Below, piece by piece: positions 60,191-64,000 of a DNA stretch of 64,000 nucleotides. The translations under genes were made by a program, and so were the position numbers. The notes below the pieces were generated by a model that did no database searches, was not told the DNA's origin, and was given only the letters and a program-made list of their open reading frames with translations. Source of the stretch: a bacterium. Its GTDB lineage: Bacteria; Hinthialibacterota; Hinthialibacteria; Hinthialibacterales; Hinthialibacteraceae. The stretch is from assembly GCA_963663405.2 (NCBI GenBank), contig CAXXSM010000022.1, positions 64,001 through 128,000 of the forward strand, read 5' to 3'. Each line of letters opens with the position of its first letter. Position 1 is the stretch's first letter.

Positions 60191-62041
60191 ATGCCCGATC
60201 CGGTATTACAAGGCAATGCTTTCTGGCGTATTAATATTGACGCGCTGCAAAGAAGAGACAGCACGCTGGCTGGCCGTCTGCGGACGGCGACAGTACGGAT
60301 GGATGAGTTTATCTTCGCCCGCGCGGCAGATGGGTCGCCGGTTCTTGGGCTCAAGGCGCCGGATGGTCAGAGGATCGCTCTGAACGATCCCGCAAATCCA
60401 GAGGGGGATGCGGACCGGTGGATTCAGGAACGGGCGGATCAATGCTTGAAGGGGGCGCATGTGATGCTGGTGGGTTTCGGCGCCGGGTATCACGCGCTAT
60501 CGATGTTCCAACAGTCGGATGAAAACACGTACATCTGGATCGTGGAACCGAATCCAGCTGTATTGAAAGCCGCGTTTCATTTAAGGGATTTTTCAGATTT
60601 GATCGAAGCGCAGCGGATTCGTTTTGTATCGGGACTGCCGGAAGAGGAGATCGCGCGTCTGCCATTCAATGGAATCACCTCGAACCGGATGAGAGCGCAG
60701 GGGATTCGTTTGATGTATACGCCGACGGCGGGTCAGCTCTATGGAGCGTTCCTTCAGCGATTGGCGAAGGCGATCGCGGAAGCGATTCAGTTAGAAGGAT
60801 TAAAATTCAGAACCTCGCAAATCCAAGGCAAGCGGATTTTGGAAAACGTTTCCTCAAACCTATCCTATATTTTACAGGGCGCGCCGTGTCTGCGGCTGGA
60901 TGGTAAAGCGGCGGGAATCCCGGCTTTGATCATCGCGCCCGGTCCCAGCTTGGAAGAGGCGCTTCCTCTGATCCAAGCAGTCAAGGATCGCGCCTTGCTC
61001 ATCACTGTCGATACCGCGCACCGGATTCTGCTTCGAGAGGGGATTCAATCTGATTTGGTAGTCAGCCTGGATTTCACGGAACTGAACGCCAAGCATTTTG
61101 AGGGGATCGATGAGGATGACGCGTGTTTAGTGGCGTTTCCCGGTATTGAATCTATAATTCTGAAGCAATACGCAGAGCGCAGTTTTTTCTTTACCCACAA
61201 CGCCGATCACCTGCTGCCTGCGCTGCGCTCGCTGGGGCCGTTGGGGAGTTTGAAATCGTATGGGTCCACCGCTCACGCCGCCTATCACATCGCCCGCCTG
61301 ATGGGCTGCGCGCCGATTGTGTTGATTGGCAACGATCTCGCGTTTCCTTCCGAACGCTGGTACACGGACGGCGCCATGCAGAACGATCTCGATCAGCCCG
61401 AACGGGAGGAGGAAGAATTATTAGAAGTTCCCTCCAATAATGGTGGAACCGTGAAAACCAACGGCCTGTATAAAGTCTACCTTGATACGTTTACGGTATT
61501 GATTCAAGAAACCGCCGGCGCCGTGGTGAACACATCTCCTCATGGGGCGGTCATTTCCAGCTGCCAATGGATGACATTGGAGAACGCGCTTGCGGAGTTT
61601 CCCCAAACTACGATCGATCGATCGTTCCTGCGAAAGGCGCTGCGTCCCACTCTGGCGTTTCAGCGGGAGAATGTTCGAAATGATCTCCATGCGTTGCGTG
61701 ACACATGTAGAAACGTTCACACGCGGTTGACGAAGTATATCAAACGGGTGGAGGCGTTGAATCCTTCTTCGAAAAATTTTTCTACCGGTCTGCGGGATGC
61801 GATTACCCAATTTGTGGCGATGCTCGACCGGGACAATCAGGCGTGTTCATTGTGTACGCCGCTCTGCCCACGATCGACTGTGGCGCTGTTCGGACAATTG
61901 GACAATGAGAGTATTCTCGGAGGAGACACACCCCAAAAAAACCAAGCCGCCTTGGAGCGCTTTTTGGAACTGGTCAATGATTTTGGCTCCGCTCTACGCG
62001 TGAATAGCAAAGCGCTGGAGCATGCGGCGGAGATTCTTTAA
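60191..62041 (+). CDS. Maf-family (DUF115/MptE-like) glycosyltransferase
   Basis: GFGAGYH, IIAPGPSL, TVDTA, MGCAPIVLIGNDLAF. Confidence 0.85.
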   Translation: MPDPVLQGNAFWRINIDALQRRDSTLAGRLRTATVRMDEFIFARAADGSPVLGLKAPDGQRIALNDPANPEGDADRWIQERADQCLKGAHVMLVGFGAGYHALSMFQQSDENTYIWIVEPNPAVLKAAFHLRDFSDLIEAQRIRFVSGLPEEEIARLPFNGITSNRMRAQGIRLMYTPTAGQLYGAFLQRLAKAIAEAIQLEGLKFRTSQIQGKRILENVSSNLSYILQGAPCLRLDGKAAGIPALIIAPGPSLEEALPLIQAVKDRALLITVDTAHRILLREGIQSDLVVSLDFTELNAKHFEGIDEDDACLVAFPGIESIILKQYAERSFFFTHNADHLLPALRSLGPLGSLKSYGSTAHAAYHIARLMGCAPIVLIGNDLAFPSERWYTDGAMQNDLDQPEREEEELLEVPSNNGGTVKTNGLYKVYLDTFTVLIQETAGAVVNTSPHGAVISSCQWMTLENALAEFPQTTIDRSFLRKALRPTLAFQRENVRNDLHALRDTCRNVHTRLTKYIKRVEALNPSSKNFSTGLRDAITQFVAMLDRDNQACSLCTPLCPRSTVALFGQLDNESILGGDTPQKNQAALERFLELVNDFGSALRVNSKALEHAAEIL

Positions 62042-62201
62042 ACACCGAGTCTTCTCTTCCCCTTTTTTTTCTTTTTCTCATCTATACCCGGTATGGTTTG
62101 ATTGAATGCACTATATCGCCTACTATCTAATAAACGCGCCGATGCGGGCGCATTCCAATACGGTGTCCAATCATGGACGCTTAAAAACCGGAGGAAATCT
62201 C

Positions 62202-63146
62202 ATGAAGATGAAATCGATCAGTTTATTGTTTGTCCTGGCTTTTGTTTGTGGATTGGTTTACACGCCTGCGGGGATCGCGGCGGATCCTGTAAAAGTGCTC
62301 TTTTTAACCAAGTCATCCGGATTTGAACACAGCGTTGTCCACCGGGAAAAAGGCGAACTCGGTTATGCGGAAAAAATCATGCTGGACCTTGCCGGGGATA
62401 ACGGTCTGTTTGTCGTTGTGACGAAAGACGCGGGCATGATTAATGCGGACCAATTAAAATGCTTCGATGTCGTCATGTTTTACACGACCGGCGATCTGAC
62501 CCAACCCAGCAAAGACAACGGGACTCTCATGAGCGAACAAGGCCGTCAAGACCTTGTTGATTGGGTGAACGCGGGAGGCGGTTTCGTTGGTTGTCATACC
62601 GCGTCCGACACATTTCACGGCTGGGAACCGTACCTCAAACTCACTGGGGGAGAATTCCTGACGCATAAAAATCAGGAAGAAGCCAAGATGACGGTCAAAA
62701 AACACCCGATTACCTCGCATCTGGGCGCTTCATGGATATTGAAAGATGAATATTACATGTTCAAAAATGTAACGGGTACATTCACACCCCTATTAATTCT
62801 TGAAACGAAAGAGATGAAACAGGACGCGTACAACCAAGTCGATCCTTATGCGAACACATACATCGAAGAGATCGGGGAAGGCCGGGCCTTCAACTGCGCG
62901 CTGGGACATCGTGAAGATGTTTGGGACGCTCCAGAATTTCAAAAATTAATGGTAAAAGGCGTCAAATGGGCGGCGAAAGTGGATTTAGAAGCGGGAGACT
63001 CGGCGAATACGGACGATATCTTCACAAAAATGAGAGACATGACACGCGAGGAGCGGCGGGAATTTATCCAGGGTCTCAGCGAAGAAGACAGGGCCAAACT
63101 GAGAGAACGGTTCCGGGAACAACGCAGCCAACGTGAACGGCAATAA
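62202..63146 (+). CDS. Secreted ThuA-like (class I glutamine amidotransferase fold) protein
   Basis: LTKSSGFEHS, GGFVGCHTASDT, DEYY, ALGHRE. Confidence 0.85.
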   Translation: MKMKSISLLFVLAFVCGLVYTPAGIAADPVKVLFLTKSSGFEHSVVHREKGELGYAEKIMLDLAGDNGLFVVVTKDAGMINADQLKCFDVVMFYTTGDLTQPSKDNGTLMSEQGRQDLVDWVNAGGGFVGCHTASDTFHGWEPYLKLTGGEFLTHKNQEEAKMTVKKHPITSHLGASWILKDEYYMFKNVTGTFTPLLILETKEMKQDAYNQVDPYANTYIEEIGEGRAFNCALGHREDVWDAPEFQKLMVKGVKWAAKVDLEAGDSANTDDIFTKMRDMTREERREFIQGLSEEDRAKLRERFREQRSQRERQ

Positions 63147-63225
63147 ATAGCATAAGCATTCTTATAGTTCACACCGCAACTGTAAGTTGATGAGTGGTCT
63201 ATTTTCAAACTATTGTTGTACAAAA

Positions 63226-63256
63226 TGGGGCGGCTTTATAACCGCCCCGTTTCTTT
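63226..63256. terminator. Terminator hairpin between convergent genes
   Basis: ATGGGGCGG-CTTTATAA-CCGCCCCGT-TTCTTT. Confidence 0.6.
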
Positions 63257-63295
63257 GAAGGAGAATTCTCATAAATCGGATATCAATAACACGAG

Positions 63296-64000
63296 TTATT
63301 CTACTGTGGTTTCATCAATGATGTTATTTTTGATAACGCCTCTTGAGCCGCCTAAATCCATCGGATTGAATTTACCTGGGGATGAGCGGGAGAAGTCGAA
63401 TATGATGTTAGATTCGATCAAAATTCGTTCGCAATTACCTACGGCTTTAATGGCGCTTTCTGAAAGACCGGTAAAGATATTGCCCGTGATGGTTATATCG
63501 CTCGTGCTTTTCAAAATCACACCCATTGATTCATCATCCCGTTTTCTTCCTGGGCCGATATGAGCGTTGGAGAAATTATTGCCCGTGACTGTGATGCGTC
63601 CGCTGCCCGGTCCGATTTCCAAACCCCGCTTGGCGGCCATCGTGAATGTATTCGCTGAAACGGCGCATCCCCACGCGTCGATCAGATCCACGCCCCCGCC
63701 GGAATTATGTGCGATCACGTTCGCGCTGATTGTATTTCCATAGCAATCCCGGTCCAAGACAATCGCCGTGCCCTGGCATTCTTCGATCATGTTTCCCGAA
63801 AGAACCGATCCATATGTGTTTTCAATCACGACGCCGTTCCTGAGATGATCGTCGAGGTTGTTGCCGTTCATGCAGAGATTGAAACTGTCAATGCAGCGCA
63901 CCGCGTCCAGGTTTTCTTCAAACTGATTGCCGTTTACGACGATGTCATGGCCACGCAGGATATTCAATCCAGCATTGGCGTTGTATGTGACGATTGAGTC
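63296..64000 (-). CDS. Right-handed beta-helix (NosD/pectin-lyase-like) protein, 5' end outside the window
   Basis: Repeated I.GN/.SAN motifs; open frame to the window edge. Confidence 0.8.
   Translation of the reverse strand, partial: DSIVTYNANAGLNILRGHDIVVNGNQFEENLDAVRCIDSFNLCMNGNNLDDHLRNGVVIENTYGSVLSGNMIEECQGTAIVLDRDCYGNTISANVIAHNSGGGVDLIDAWGCAVSANTFTMAAKRGLEIGPGSGRITVTGNNFSNAHIGPGRKRDDESMGVILKSTSDITITGNIFTGLSESAIKAVGNCERILIESNIIFDFSRSSPGKFNPMDLGGSRGVIKNNIIDETTVE

Overview
This is 64 kb of chromosome from a diderm (Gram-negative) bacterium of moderate GC, with AT-rich accessory patches. The Tat-exported sulfatase and oxidoreductases, the pilin-like protein style and the C-terminal tails resemble the poorly studied OLB16/Hinthialibacterota-Sumerlaeota candidate lineages; that placement is an inference. 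Housekeeping genes include nifSU, bcp, an M24 peptidase, mutS2, uvrC and tRNA-Leu(CAA). Also present are a chemoreceptor cluster, two Maf-type glycosyltransferases, a Wzx/GT4 pair, and many intact, broken or orphan toxin-antitoxin genes. Two complete insertion sequences can be delimited by terminal inverted repeats, target duplications and putative -1 frameshift sites (1053-2974 and 28042-30374). The most striking unexplained signal is that four unrelated, signal-peptide-bearing acidic proteins between 35 and 52 kb all end in the same short motif, [TSV]-[PAG]-[VI]-x-[DN]-W-x-[LI]-x(1-5)-COOH, with no transmembrane helix. This is a candidate C-terminal protein sorting or anchoring signal, and a pilin/pseudopilin gene sits among the carriers. 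No CRISPR array or rRNA was seen. Several single-base frameshifts in short homopolymers suggest assembly errors.
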